From NCBI GenBank assembly GCA_003171065.1, contig PMXQ01000080.1, forward strand, positions 7,948-71,947: a DNA stretch of 64,000 bases. The letters run 5' to 3'. The position numbers and the translations under genes were made by a program. This document shows positions 20,533-30,418 of this stretch, piece after piece. Positions within the stretch are counted from its first letter, which is position 1. Each line of letters begins with the position of its first letter. The DNA comes from Chloroflexota bacterium. Lineage in GTDB: Bacteria > Chloroflexota > Limnocylindria > Limnocylindrales > CSP1-4. A model generated the notes under the pieces. It was not told the DNA's origin. It did no database searches and worked only from the letters and a program-made list of their open reading frames with translations.

Positions 20533-22206
20533 GTGAGCGAACGCACCGGGGGTCCGATGGTCGATTCGGCCGGCGCGGCCAGAGGGAGTGGAATCCTCCA
20601 GCGGGCGGCAGGGTTCATGCGGGGTCCGGTGGGTCTGTCGGCGCTGGTCGCCGCGATCGCCGCGGTCGTCCTCTGGCTGGTGGTCCAGCCGCTCACTCGC
20701 GCCACCGCCGACACGGATGCCGCCGCCTCGGTCATGTACTTCGAGCGGATCGTCCAGGGCCACCGCCTGGAGGCGTTCTATCCGACCACGCCCAAGCCGC
20801 TGCTGACGCTCGTCTTCGGCGTGGCCTGGTCCCTGACACACGACTGGCGCTCCCTCGCGGTCATGACCATTGTCGTGGGCGCTCTGGCAGTCGGCATGGC
20901 GGCGCGACTGGCGGCTCGGATCAGTGGAATCCCGGCCGCGGCATTCGCCGCCGTCGTCCTGATCGCCTGGCCCAGCTTCCGGCTCGAAGTAGCCGATGCC
21001 AACTCGTTCATCTGGGGCCTGGCCCTGTGGCTGCTGGCGGCCCTGCTCATCACGGCGGACCGCCCGCGGCCCTGGCTGGCCGGCTTCGTGCTGGTGCTGG
21101 CCGGCCTTGCCCGAACCGAGACGATCTGGCTGGTCGTCGCCGCTGCCGGCTGCGCGGCAGTAGTTGTGATTCAGGCCAGGCGCACCGGCGAGCGAAGCCG
21201 GCTGCGCCTGACCGTGCCACCGATTCTTGGTGCCCTGGCCCTGCCGCTGGCCTGTCTCCATGACTTCCTGCTGACCGGGAAGCCCTTCTACTGGCTGAGC
21301 GTGCCCGGAGGCTACACGGTCCTGGCTTACCCGGACCTGACCCCAGCCTCGCCGCTGGCAACCCTCCACCGGGAGATGTACCACTACATCCCGCTTCTGG
21401 CGCTGGTGTTCCTCGCGGCGCTCGGCGTTGCCTGGTTGGTCCTGGCCCGCCGGCGGGCCGTTTCCTTTGCCCTGATGATGCTCACCGGTGGCGTCCTGGG
21501 GACGCTGGTCGTCCTGGCGTGGCGGGGGGTCTTCATCTCCGATCGCTACTACGAAGAGGCCGACGCGGCGATCCTGCTGGCGGCGGCCGTTGGGGGCGGC
21601 CTCCTCGTGAGCAGGGCCGCGGATTGGATGGGCAAGCGAATCGGCCGCGGCGCGCCGGCCGTTGCGACCGTGCGTCCCTGGCTGCGCCAGGCGGCCCTGG
21701 GCGGAGTTGCCGCGCTGCTGGCGCTGGGTTTGGCCTGGTTGTCGTTCCCGCAGGGAGGCGTCCAGCCTGCGCTCGCGCGGGCTGGCCAGGAGGCTGCCGA
21801 GATCAAGGAGGCGGAGCCGCAACTTGCCGCGATAGTCGCCGGCGCGGGCGGCGACACGGTGACAGTCAGCGGTGTCGCCTACCCGGTGGCCGATCCCAAA
21901 GGCTGCCGCGTGTTCGTGCCACGTTGGGGGCTGCCGCTCATCTCCGTGGATACCGGGGCCCCGACTACGGTGCTCGGCGATTCGGCGCTGGCATTTCGGG
22001 ACGGGGACTACTCGGTGCTGAGCCCGGGCCAGTGGATCCTGCACGTCGCCGCCGACGACGATGGATCCGGCGGTATCTACGCTCCTTTCGAGCACTCGAT
22101 GCCGACGACGCTGACCGTGAGGAGCGGGGTGGCGCTGACCCTAGTCTCGGTCTTCGTGGACGAGCAGTCGGGGGTCTGGCTGCTGCGAGTCGACGCAGCC
22201 AACTGA
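20533..22206 (+). CDS. Large multi-pass membrane protein, possibly a GT-C-like glycosyltransferase
   Basis: GGAGG lies upstream of the GTG start. About 12 hydrophobic segments are followed by a roughly 150-aa soluble C-terminal domain. There is no diagnostic motif, so the call rests on topology and locus context. Confidence 0.45.
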   Translation: MSERTGGPMVDSAGAARGSGILQRAAGFMRGPVGLSALVAAIAAVVLWLVVQPLTRATADTDAAASVMYFERIVQGHRLEAFYPTTPKPLLTLVFGVAWSLTHDWRSLAVMTIVVGALAVGMAARLAARISGIPAAAFAAVVLIAWPSFRLEVADANSFIWGLALWLLAALLITADRPRPWLAGFVLVLAGLARTETIWLVVAAAGCAAVVVIQARRTGERSRLRLTVPPILGALALPLACLHDFLLTGKPFYWLSVPGGYTVLAYPDLTPASPLATLHREMYHYIPLLALVFLAALGVAWLVLARRRAVSFALMMLTGGVLGTLVVLAWRGVFISDRYYEEADAAILLAAAVGGGLLVSRAADWMGKRIGRGAPAVATVRPWLRQAALGGVAALLALGLAWLSFPQGGVQPALARAGQEAAEIKEAEPQLAAIVAGAGGDTVTVSGVAYPVADPKGCRVFVPRWGLPLISVDTGAPTTVLGDSALAFRDGDYSVLSPGQWILHVAADDDGSGGIYAPFEHSMPTTLTVRSGVALTLVSVFVDEQSGVWLLRVDAAN

Positions 22207-22296
22207 CCCCACCGAGTCGGGGCGCTCCGGAGATTCGGCACTCGAGGCGGCCCGGACCGGCCATCCTGCGCATCGCTTCCACTACAATCGCCAGCC

Positions 22297-23436
22297 ATGC
22301 GCATCGACGAGCCCCTGGACCTGGCCTTCCTCGGCGATCCAAACAGCGTGCACGTCCGGCGATGGCTGGGCTACTTCTCGACCGCGGGCCACCACGTGAC
22401 ACTCATCGTGCCGGCCGACAAGGTGGTCGATCCGGGCCTTCCGCCGGCGATCTCGGTCGAGCTGCTCCCACCTTTCTCGCAGGGACGGGCGCGGCCGTTG
22501 GGCGCGCTCGAGACCCGTCGGTCGCTCGCCCGGCAGCTTCGCCGGCTCGACCCCGACGTCCTGCACGCTCATTACGTCACCGGGAATGCCTGGCGCGCCT
22601 GGCTCTCCGCCTTCCACCCTTACGTGGTCACGGTGTGGGGCTCCGACGTCCTTGGCATGAGCCGCCAGAGCTGGCGCCGTCGTTTGTACGCCCGGCTGGC
22701 GCTGCGGGCGGCCGACATCGTCACCGGCGGTTCAGCGGACCTGGTCCGGGCCGCGGTGGCAGCCGGAGCACGTCCCGAGCGGACGCGATACATCCATTTC
22801 GGCGTGGACACGGAACGCTTCTCGCCCGGTCCCGAGCCTGCCGCACTGCGGAAACGCCTCGGCCTCGGCGGTCGCCGCGTGCTGCTCTCCAACCGGCTCA
22901 TCGCGCCGGTGTATCGCCAGGGTGTCGTGGTGCAGGTTCTGGCGCGATTGCCCACGGACGTCGTCGCGGTGATGACCGCCTATCGCGCACAGCCGGACGA
23001 GGTGGCCAGGATCCGGGGGCTGGCGGACCGGCTCGGGGTCGCCGATCGCCTGCGAATCGTCGACGCGCTCGACGAGTCCGAACTGCCCGATCTCTACCGG
23101 CTGGCCGATGCTGTCGTTTCGATCCCGGCCAGCGACGGCGGGCCCATCACCGTCGCCGAAGCTCTGGCCGTGGGTCGACCGATCGTCGCGACCGACCTGC
23201 CGAGCCTTCGGGAGTGGCTCGCCGAGCTCGACCCGGCGGCGCTCGTTCCGGTGGACGACGTTGCGGCGACCGTGGCCGCAGTCACCACCATGCTTTCGAG
23301 AGGTCAGGAGGAACGGCAGGAGCGGGCGGCGCGAGGTCGGGCAGCGGTGACGGAGCGGGCCGACTGGCGGACGAACATGGAGCGCATGGAGACGCTCTAT
23401 CGGGAGCTTGCGGCGAGCCGGCGCGGTAAGGGCTGA
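22297..23436 (+). CDS. Glycosyltransferase family 4
   Basis: LDLAFLGDPNSVHVRRWLGYFSTAGHHVTLIV N-domain and a GT-B C-domain (ASDGGPITVAEALAVGRPIVATDLP). It is a paralog of 26405..27586. Confidence 0.8.
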   Translation: MRIDEPLDLAFLGDPNSVHVRRWLGYFSTAGHHVTLIVPADKVVDPGLPPAISVELLPPFSQGRARPLGALETRRSLARQLRRLDPDVLHAHYVTGNAWRAWLSAFHPYVVTVWGSDVLGMSRQSWRRRLYARLALRAADIVTGGSADLVRAAVAAGARPERTRYIHFGVDTERFSPGPEPAALRKRLGLGGRRVLLSNRLIAPVYRQGVVVQVLARLPTDVVAVMTAYRAQPDEVARIRGLADRLGVADRLRIVDALDESELPDLYRLADAVVSIPASDGGPITVAEALAVGRPIVATDLPSLREWLAELDPAALVPVDDVAATVAAVTTMLSRGQEERQERAARGRAAVTERADWRTNMERMETLYRELAASRRGKG

Positions 23437-23499
23437 CTGTCAGCGGGCCGAACGCGCCTCGGCCGCGCCGCCACGAGCGGCGGCCGGCGCCCGTCCAGG

Positions 23500-24414
23500 T
23501 CAGCGGCCGCCGGTCATCAGCTCAACGCTGGACCGGAGGTCGTGGACCGACTGCCAGCCGAGGACCCGCCGGGCCAGGGAGACATCGGCGACCTGCCAGG
23601 GGATGTCCGACGATCGGGGCGATCCCGCCGCGCTTTCCGCGATCTCGCCCACGAAGCCGACCGCCCTGGCCAGCGCCTCGACCAGCTCGCGGGCGGAATG
23701 GCCCGTCCCCGAGGCCACGTTTACGAGAGGAGCGTCGAGGCTCGGGACGCGACATGCCGCCACGGTGGCGGCGGCGATGTCCCGCACGTCGACGAAGTCC
23801 CGGACCGACCCGAGAGGGCCGAGCTCGATCCGTGGCCTGGAGGTCGCGACGGCCTCGGACAGGCGTCGCTGGGCCGCGCCGGGGAGGGAATTCTCCGGCA
23901 TCGAAGGGCCCAGGGCATTGAAGACCCGCAGCACGATCGCCTGGCGGCCCTGGTCCGCGGCCGCCAGGACGACCTGGGTGGCAGCCAGTTTGGCGATGCC
24001 GTACGGGCTGACCGGTCTCGCGCAGGCAGACTCGGTCACGGGCTCGCCGGCCGGCCCCGGTCCGTATTCGGCGGCAGAGCCGACATGGACCAGCCTCGTC
24101 CCAAGACCGGACCGGGCCAGGGCCTCCACGACTCGAGCCGTGACCAGGACATTGAGCCGGACCAGGTCCGAGGTCGAGCCAACGGTGGCCCCGGTGCAAT
24201 TGACGATGACGTCGGGCTTCACGGCCCGCAGCTCGGCCATCAGGCGAGTGTCGTCGCCGGCCAACAGATCGACGTCGAGCCATCGTCGTTCGAGGCCCGG
24301 CAGGGGGGTGCCCAGGCCCGCGCCCACGACTTCGATGTCCGGCTGGCCGCTCATCGCAGCCGTAACGTGGCTCCCTATGAAGCCATTGGCGCCCAGAACG
24401 AGGACGAGCTGCAC
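23500..24414 (-). CDS. NAD-dependent epimerase/dehydratase (SDR)
   Basis: MQLVLVLGANGFIGSHV Rossmann motif and YGIAKLAATQ (YxxxK). Confidence 0.75.
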   Translation of the reverse strand: MQLVLVLGANGFIGSHVTAAMSGQPDIEVVGAGLGTPLPGLERRWLDVDLLAGDDTRLMAELRAVKPDVIVNCTGATVGSTSDLVRLNVLVTARVVEALARSGLGTRLVHVGSAAEYGPGPAGEPVTESACARPVSPYGIAKLAATQVVLAAADQGRQAIVLRVFNALGPSMPENSLPGAAQRRLSEAVATSRPRIELGPLGSVRDFVDVRDIAAATVAACRVPSLDAPLVNVASGTGHSARELVEALARAVGFVGEIAESAAGSPRSSDIPWQVADVSLARRVLGWQSVHDLRSSVELMTGGR

Positions 24415-25137
24415 TCAGGACCCCGGCAGCAGGTGAGATCTGAGTCGAACGAACTCGGCGTTGGCGCGGTCGTAGTCCTCCGGACGTCCGATGTCGAGCC
24501 AGTAGCCCCCGAACGCATACGAGGCCGGGTTGCGCCCGGCGGCGAGGAGGTCGATCACCAGTCGATCGAAGCCCAACGGCTCGCCGGCCCGATAGCCGGA
24601 GAGGGCGGACCGGGAGACTGCGTACACGCCCATGCTGACCTCGTAGTTGAGCGTGGGCTTCTCGACGAACCCGACCACCTGGCCCGCCTCGACAGTCAGG
24701 ACGCCGAAGTCGATGTCGACCTGCCGGTGGTACGTGGCGATGGTCAGCGGAGCATCGCCGGCGGCATGGGCCTCCAGAAGTGAGGAGAAGCTGAGGTCCG
24801 TCAGGATGTCGCCGTTGAGCACCAGGAACTGCTCCGGGAGCTTGTCGAGAAGCGCGACCACGGGTCCCATGGTGCTGAGCGGCCTGTCCTCGGTGGCGTA
24901 GTCCACCTCGAGGCCCCACTGCTCGCCGCTGCCGACGTACGCCCTGATCAGCTCGCCCAGGTGGCCGATCGCGATGGTGACCCTCCGAAAGCCGTCTCGG
25001 GCGAGCTGGCGCAGGACGATCTCGATGATCGCGCACTCGTCTCCGATGGGCACGAGCGGCTTGGGAATGCTGGTCGTGTACGGACGCAGGCGGGTGCCTT
25101 TTCCGCCCGCGAGCAGGACGGCGTGTCGCGCGCTCAT
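24415..25137 (-). CDS. Sugar-1-phosphate nucleotidyltransferase
   Basis: [27 protein letters not shown] signature. It abuts the downstream SDR with no gap. Confidence 0.85.
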   Translation of the reverse strand: MSARHAVLLAGGKGTRLRPYTTSIPKPLVPIGDECAIIEIVLRQLARDGFRRVTIAIGHLGELIRAYVGSGEQWGLEVDYATEDRPLSTMGPVVALLDKLPEQFLVLNGDILTDLSFSSLLEAHAAGDAPLTIATYHRQVDIDFGVLTVEAGQVVGFVEKPTLNYEVSMGVYAVSRSALSGYRAGEPLGFDRLVIDLLAAGRNPASYAFGGYWLDIGRPEDYDRANAEFVRLRSHLLPGS

Positions 25138-25144
25138 CGGGCGC

Positions 25145-26140
25145 TCATACCGTGTACGCGTTCCACTTGTAGCGGGCCAGGTTCTCCGGCTGCGAGAACC
25201 AGGCGGCTGTCCTGGCCAGTCCCTCGGCGAGACTCACGCTCGGCTTCCAGCCGGTCGCCTGGGTCAGCCGGGAGCTGTCGCACACCAGGCGCATCACCTC
25301 GGAGCCGCTCGGCCGAAGACGCGCGGCTTCTTCGGTGACCGTGACCTCGCGGCCGGCTGCCGCCGCGATTGTCTTCACGAGATCGCCGATGGAGATCTCG
25401 ACGCCGGTGCCGGCATTGAGGGTTCGGCCGACGACGGCCTCGGCCGGGGCGTCGGCGACCGCCATGAATGCCCGGGCCGTATCCTCGACGAAGGTGAAGT
25501 CCCGCGTCGGTCGCAGGTCGCCAAGTCGGATCTCGCGCTGCCCCGCGGCCAGCTGAGACAGGATCGTCGGAATGACCGCGCGGCTGGACTGGCGCGGACC
25601 GTACGTGTTGAACGGCCGCAGAGTGGCCACCGGGAGGCCGAACGAGAGGTGGTAGCTCTCCGCCATCTTGTCCGCGCCGATCTTCGAGGCCGAGTACGGC
25701 GACTGCCCCTGGAGCGGGTGATCCTCAGATATGGGAACGCTGCGCGCCGTACCGTAGACCTCGCTGGTGGAGGTGTGGACGACACGTGGGGTGGCCAGCT
25801 GCCGCGCAGCCTCCAGCACGTTGAGCGTGCCGAGAACGTTTGTGTCCACGTACGAGCGGGGCGAGCGGTACGAGTACGGGATCGCGATCAGGGCCGCCAG
25901 GTGGTAGATGACGTCGGCCCCTTCAGCCAGCTCCCGCACCGAAGCGATGTCGCGGACGTCGCCCAGGTGAACCTCCACCGACCCGAGGACGTCGGCCGGC
26001 AGGGACTCCAGCCATCCCCACGAGTTGAACGAGTTGTAGAGGACCATGGCCCGGACTCGAGTGCCTCGCCGGACGAGCGCCTCGACCAGGTGGGACCCGA
26101 TGAAGCCCTCGCTTCCGGTGACGGCCGCAACCGCTGACAG
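25145..26140 (-). CDS. NAD-dependent sugar dehydratase/epimerase (SDR), start codon problematic
   Basis: [11 protein letters not shown] (YxxxK). My translation upstream of ATG 26047 gives [28 protein letters not shown], so the Rossmann motif lies before the first canonical start. The only in-frame candidate is CTG 26140, 7 nt after AGGAAGGAG. Confidence 0.7.
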   Translation of the reverse strand: MSAVAAVTGSEGFIGSHLVEALVRRGTRVRAMVLYNSFNSWGWLESLPADVLGSVEVHLGDVRDIASVRELAEGADVIYHLAALIAIPYSYRSPRSYVDTNVLGTLNVLEAARQLATPRVVHTSTSEVYGTARSVPISEDHPLQGQSPYSASKIGADKMAESYHLSFGLPVATLRPFNTYGPRQSSRAVIPTILSQLAAGQREIRLGDLRPTRDFTFVEDTARAFMAVADAPAEAVVGRTLNAGTGVEISIGDLVKTIAAAAGREVTVTEEAARLRPSGSEVMRLVCDSSRLTQATGWKPSVSLAEGLARTAAWFSQPENLARYKWNAYTV

Positions 26141-26404
26141 CGCCTGGCTCCTTCCTGTTCATCTGGAGACGCCCCGAATGGTACCCGATTGGCAACGCCG
26201 GCCTGCTCGAACGGGCAGACTGAGGACCGGATCATCGCACCGCCGTTGACACGGGCGAGGCCCGCCGGGGCCGTGGCCGGGGACGATCTTCGGTACAATC
26301 GCCCGCGATGCCCGCCCCCAGATCGAGGTCGCCGAGCGTGATGGCCGGAGCCCGAGTCGCCCGTGCCCCGCGGTGTGGACCGCCAGCTCCGTGAGCTCGA
26401 GCCG

Positions 26405-27586
26405 ATGAGCGCCGTCACTGCCTCGACTGCGACCACCGCCGAGCCGCTGAACCTTGCCTTCCTGGGCGATCCGAACAGCGTTCACCTGCGGCGCTGGGTG
26501 AGCTACTTCGCCGCCCGAGGCCACACGGTGACGATGCTCGTCCGGGAGGGGAAGGAGGTCGAGCCGGGCCTGCCGCCGGCCATCGCCGTCGAGCGCTTCA
26601 GCCACTTCGCCGCCCGAGGCCGCGTGACTCCCACCGGCTTGCTGAAGGGTCGCCGATCCCTGCGTCGCGCCGTGGCGCGGATTGGGCCCGACGTGCTCAA
26701 TGCCCACTTTCTGACGGTCCACGGCTGGAACGCCTGGATGTCCGGGTTCCATCCGTACGTCGTGACGCTGTGGGGATCCGACGTCTTCATCCACGCGAGG
26801 AAATCGCGCGCGGGCGCCGTGCTGGCTCGCCTGGCGCTCCGGTCGGCCGACATGGTGATGGTCAACTCCGAGACGTTGATGCACGGCGCGCTCGCGGTCG
26901 GGGCGCCGGCGGAGAGGACCGAGATGGTCCAATTCGGAGTGGACCTGACTCGATTCATGCCCGGCCCGGCTCCGGCCGCTCTCCGGGCCCACCTCGGCCT
27001 GGAGGGCCGGCGAATCATCTTCTCGCCGCGCGCCATCACGCCCCTGTACCGCCATCAGATCGTCGTGGAGGCTCTGACCCGGCTGCCCTCCGATGTGGTC
27101 GTGCTGATGTCGCGCTTTCGCGGCCAGGCCGACGAGGTGGACAAGCTCGAGCGCCTGACCGAGACGCTCGGTCTTGCCGATCGCGTCGTGCTGATGCCGG
27201 AGTTCGAGGAATCCGACATACCCGACCTGTACCGCATGGCCGACGTGGTCGTCTCCGTCCCCGCGTCCGACTCCACCGCGGCCACGATCCTCGAGGCGCT
27301 CGCCTGTGGGAAGCAGATCGTCGCCGGGGACCTGCCCAGCGTGCGCGAGTGGTTGTGGGACCTGGATGGCTCGGCCCTCGTCCCGATCGACGACGTTTCC
27401 GCGACCGCCGCGGCCCTGGTCCGCGCCCTGGACCGCGATCCGATGGAACGCGCGGAGCTCGGCCGCCGTGCCCGGGCAATCGTCGAGACCAGGGCCGACC
27501 AGGCCGCCACTCTCGCCAGGGTGGAATCGCTTTATCGCGAACTGGCGAAGCGCAGCCGCCGCGGTTCCGCCGGGAGCCGACCCTGA
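26405..27586 (+). CDS. Glycosyltransferase family 4
   Basis: LNLAFLGDPNSVHLRRWVSYFAARGHTVTMLV, colinear with 22297..23436 throughout. The start is set to ATG 26405 by analogy with the paralog. Confidence 0.8.
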   Translation: MSAVTASTATTAEPLNLAFLGDPNSVHLRRWVSYFAARGHTVTMLVREGKEVEPGLPPAIAVERFSHFAARGRVTPTGLLKGRRSLRRAVARIGPDVLNAHFLTVHGWNAWMSGFHPYVVTLWGSDVFIHARKSRAGAVLARLALRSADMVMVNSETLMHGALAVGAPAERTEMVQFGVDLTRFMPGPAPAALRAHLGLEGRRIIFSPRAITPLYRHQIVVEALTRLPSDVVVLMSRFRGQADEVDKLERLTETLGLADRVVLMPEFEESDIPDLYRMADVVVSVPASDSTAATILEALACGKQIVAGDLPSVREWLWDLDGSALVPIDDVSATAAALVRALDRDPMERAELGRRARAIVETRADQAATLARVESLYRELAKRSRRGSAGSRP

Positions 27587-27641
27587 GCGGCTTCGACGCG
27601 CTGGTATCGTCTGCTGGAACACCACCGCGGCCGGAGGTCAG

Positions 27642-29021
27642 TTGACTGCGTCATCCGCCAGGAGCGGCTCCTTCGCCAAGCGAGTCACCGCCGTCTTCTC
27701 GACGAAGGTCGTCGCCTTCGCGATTTCGCTGACGACGACGCTCATCATCTCGCGAATCCTGGGTCCGACGGGCAAGGGCGAGTACGTCGCGGTCCTCGCC
27801 GTGCCCGGGTTGCTCGGTGCCATCGGCGTCTTCGGGCTGCCGAGCGCGGTCAACTACTTCAGCGCCCGTGGAACGTCGGTTCGCGGGCTCCTCGAGGTCG
27901 GCCTGCTCCTCACCGGGATTCTGTCGGCGATCCTGATAGCGCTGGTCTGGGTGTCCATGCCCTGGCTCGAGCAGCTCCTCCACTGGGATCAGCCGACAGC
28001 GGACCTGGTGCGGGTCGTGTTGATCGTGATTCCGGCCGCTCTGCTGACCACCTTTGCGATGTCGGTCCTGTACGGGCGTCAGCAGGTCAGGACATACAGC
28101 GCCATCCTGGTCGGCCAGGGCACGGTCACGCTCGTCCTCTCCACGTTGCTGGTCGGAGTCTTCCGGTTCGGCGTCCCGGGCGCGGTCGCCTCGAGCATCG
28201 TCGTCACCTGGCTGGCGGCCGCCGCCGACGTTGTCGCCGTGGGCCTGCTGTCGCGCCGAATGCCAGCCGGCGAGCCTGTCTCCTTCCGCGGTCTGGGTAA
28301 GTACGGCGTCAAGGTCTACCCGGCCAGCATCACCAGCTACTTCAACTACCGGATCGATACCTACATCATCCAGGCAGTCATGCTGGCGCCCAAGGGCCCG
28401 CTGGGGCTCTACAGCATGGCCGTGACGATGGCCGAGCTGATCTTCTACGTGCCGGATTCGGTGACGATGATCTTCCTGCCTCGTATCGCGGGTTCGTCGC
28501 AGGAGGAAGCCGACGCCCTGCTCCCGCGAGTGTCGAGGCTCACGGTTCTGATGACCGTCCTGGTGGCGCTGGCGCTGATCCCGACGGCGTGGATCGGGAT
28601 CCATCTCATCCTGCCGAAATTCAACGATTGCCTGCCCGCGTTCTGGGTGCTGCTCCCGGCCGTGATCTCCCTGAGCGTGTCCAAGGTCATGTCGTCCTAT
28701 GTCGCCGGCCGCGGCCGGCCCGGGCCCATCTCGGTCGGGTCGGTCATCGCGGTTGTCCTGAACATCGCCGCCAACCTGGTTCTCATCCCCATCTACGGCA
28801 TAGTCGGCGCGGCCCTGGCGTCGCTGATCTCCTACACGGCGTCTGCCGTAATCCTGCTCGCCGTGGCGTGCCGTATTTCGCATCATTCCGTATGGCAGCT
28901 GATCGTGCCCCGCGGTGGTGAAGTCAGAATCCTGGTGGCCGGCGCCCGCCGCGGCCTGGCGGGCGCGCGGCAAATGGCCAGTGACCGGCGGGCCGGCACG
29001 AAGGCGGACGGCCCATCGTGA
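27642..29021 (+). CDS. Polysaccharide flippase, MOP/Wzx-like (second copy in the locus)
   Basis: FSTKVVAFAISLTTTLIISRILGPTGKGEYVAV followed by about 12 TM segments. TTG 27642 lies just after GGAGGT. The ORF-track start at 27306 overlaps the upstream GT4. Confidence 0.75.
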   Translation: MTASSARSGSFAKRVTAVFSTKVVAFAISLTTTLIISRILGPTGKGEYVAVLAVPGLLGAIGVFGLPSAVNYFSARGTSVRGLLEVGLLLTGILSAILIALVWVSMPWLEQLLHWDQPTADLVRVVLIVIPAALLTTFAMSVLYGRQQVRTYSAILVGQGTVTLVLSTLLVGVFRFGVPGAVASSIVVTWLAAAADVVAVGLLSRRMPAGEPVSFRGLGKYGVKVYPASITSYFNYRIDTYIIQAVMLAPKGPLGLYSMAVTMAELIFYVPDSVTMIFLPRIAGSSQEEADALLPRVSRLTVLMTVLVALALIPTAWIGIHLILPKFNDCLPAFWVLLPAVISLSVSKVMSSYVAGRGRPGPISVGSVIAVVLNIAANLVLIPIYGIVGAALASLISYTASAVILLAVACRISHHSVWQLIVPRGGEVRILVAGARRGLAGARQMASDRRAGTKADGPS

Positions 29022-30376
29022 GCGGCCGCCTCCTGGTGGTCACCTACTTCTTTCCGCCTGTCGGCGGCGTGGGCGTGCAGCGGACCCTGAAATACGTCAC
29101 GTACCTGCCGCGCTGGGGTTGGGAGCCGGTAGTGATCGCCCCAGGAGATCCCGCGTTCCCGGTCCGCGACCCCTCGCTCGTCCCCACTCTCGCGCCGGGT
29201 CTCGAGGTCCACCGAACCGCCAGCCTGGAGCCGGGCCGTCTGCCGACCGCGGCCGCCCGCCTGCTGAGCCGCCGATCCGGTTCGGCCGGAGCGGTGTCGG
29301 CGGACCTGACGGCAAGCTCGGCCCAGGGCAGCCTGCCTCTCAAGGTGCTGCGCAAGATCTCGGTCGTCTGGAATCGGATCTGGGCGGTGCTGCTCTTTCC
29401 GGAGGGTGCGATCGCCTGGGTTCCCTTCGCCGTGCGAGCCGGACGCAAGGCCCATCGGCGCCGCCCGGTCGACGTCATATATTCGAGCTCGTCGCCAATC
29501 TCCACGCACGTGGCGGCCGGCCTCATCAAGCGCTCCACTGGCCTCCCGTGGGTGGCCGACTTCCGCGACCCGTGGGTTGGCAATCCCTTCGCCGCCCCGC
29601 TTTCACGTCCCAAGCGATGGATGCAGCGCCGCATGGAGCGCTGGATTGTGGCGCGCGCGGATCGGGTCATCGTGGCCGTCGACGCGATGCGGGTCCAGTT
29701 CGCCGGGCGCTATCCGGACATGGCCGACAAGTTCGTGCACATTCCGAACGGCTACGACCGCGCGGATCTGGTCGGCATCGAGCCGGCGCCGCCTCCGACG
29801 CCCGGAGGCTTCCACCTTCTGTACGCGGGCAGCCTGTACCGGCCCAGGGAGCTCGAGGCGTTCCTGCTCGGGGTCGAGCGACTGCTCGCGCGGAGGCCTG
29901 ATCTCCGAGCGCGCCTGAAGGTCGATTTCATCGGCCGGGTCAACGACCCCAACGCGAAGGCGGCCGCCGAGTTCGACAAGCCGGGACGGCTGGCTGGGGT
30001 CGTCGGCTTCGAGGGGTTCATGCCGAGGCCCAGGGCCCTGGCCCGGATGGCCGGGGCCGACGCGCTGCTGCAGCTGATGCCGGACATGCCCGGCGCGGAG
30101 ATCTTCGTCGGCGGCAAGTTGAGCGAGTACCTGGCCTTCGACCGGCCGATCCTGGCGGTCATGCCGCGCGGCGAGGGGCGGGCGCTGGTCGAGGGACTGC
30201 CGACCGGGATCACCGCGGACGTGGAGCCGGGCAGCGTCGCGGATGCGTTGGAGCGGCTGCTGGACCACACGCCCGCTCCGGCCCCGGCCGATCCGGCGGG
30301 TCGCTTCGATCGCGTCAATCTGGCGGGTGAGCTGGCGCGCGAGCTCGATCGAGTGACCGCGGGCGCGGCGCTCTGA
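29018..30376 (+). CDS. Glycosyltransferase (GT-B, GT4-like)
   Basis: The GTG start overlaps the flippase stop (GTGA). The N-terminus is LLVVTYFFPPVGGVGVQRTLKYVTYLPRWGWEPVVIAP. Confidence 0.7.
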   Translation: MSGRLLVVTYFFPPVGGVGVQRTLKYVTYLPRWGWEPVVIAPGDPAFPVRDPSLVPTLAPGLEVHRTASLEPGRLPTAAARLLSRRSGSAGAVSADLTASSAQGSLPLKVLRKISVVWNRIWAVLLFPEGAIAWVPFAVRAGRKAHRRRPVDVIYSSSSPISTHVAAGLIKRSTGLPWVADFRDPWVGNPFAAPLSRPKRWMQRRMERWIVARADRVIVAVDAMRVQFAGRYPDMADKFVHIPNGYDRADLVGIEPAPPPTPGGFHLLYAGSLYRPRELEAFLLGVERLLARRPDLRARLKVDFIGRVNDPNAKAAAEFDKPGRLAGVVGFEGFMPRPRALARMAGADALLQLMPDMPGAEIFVGGKLSEYLAFDRPILAVMPRGEGRALVEGLPTGITADVEPGSVADALERLLDHTPAPAPADPAGRFDRVNLAGELARELDRVTAGAAL

Positions 30377-30418
30377 CCCGTTCGACCGCGTCCGAGCCTG
30401 TCGCCCGACTGCCGCGCC

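Noticed and set aside
19897-22095. 732-aa minus-strand ORF, the longest in this part of the window
   Set aside because: It lies antisense to two well-supported plus-strand genes (the SDR and the multi-pass membrane protein). Its product is Arg/Gly/Pro/Asp-rich with no motifs. This is a typical high-GC shadow ORF.
21519-23429. 636-aa plus-strand ORF spanning the end of the membrane protein and the whole GT4 gene in another frame
   Set aside because: It is extremely Arg/Gly/Pro-rich (RRGRRGDPAGGGRWGRPP...), and the alternative frame carries clear GT4 motifs.
23522-28973. Several 400-500-aa ORFs (23522-25036 minus, 23542-24783 plus, 26159-27625 minus, 27651-28973 minus)
   Set aside because: All are out of frame with or antisense to genes with recognisable SDR, nucleotidyltransferase, GT4 or flippase motifs, and all have Arg/Pro/Gly-biased composition.
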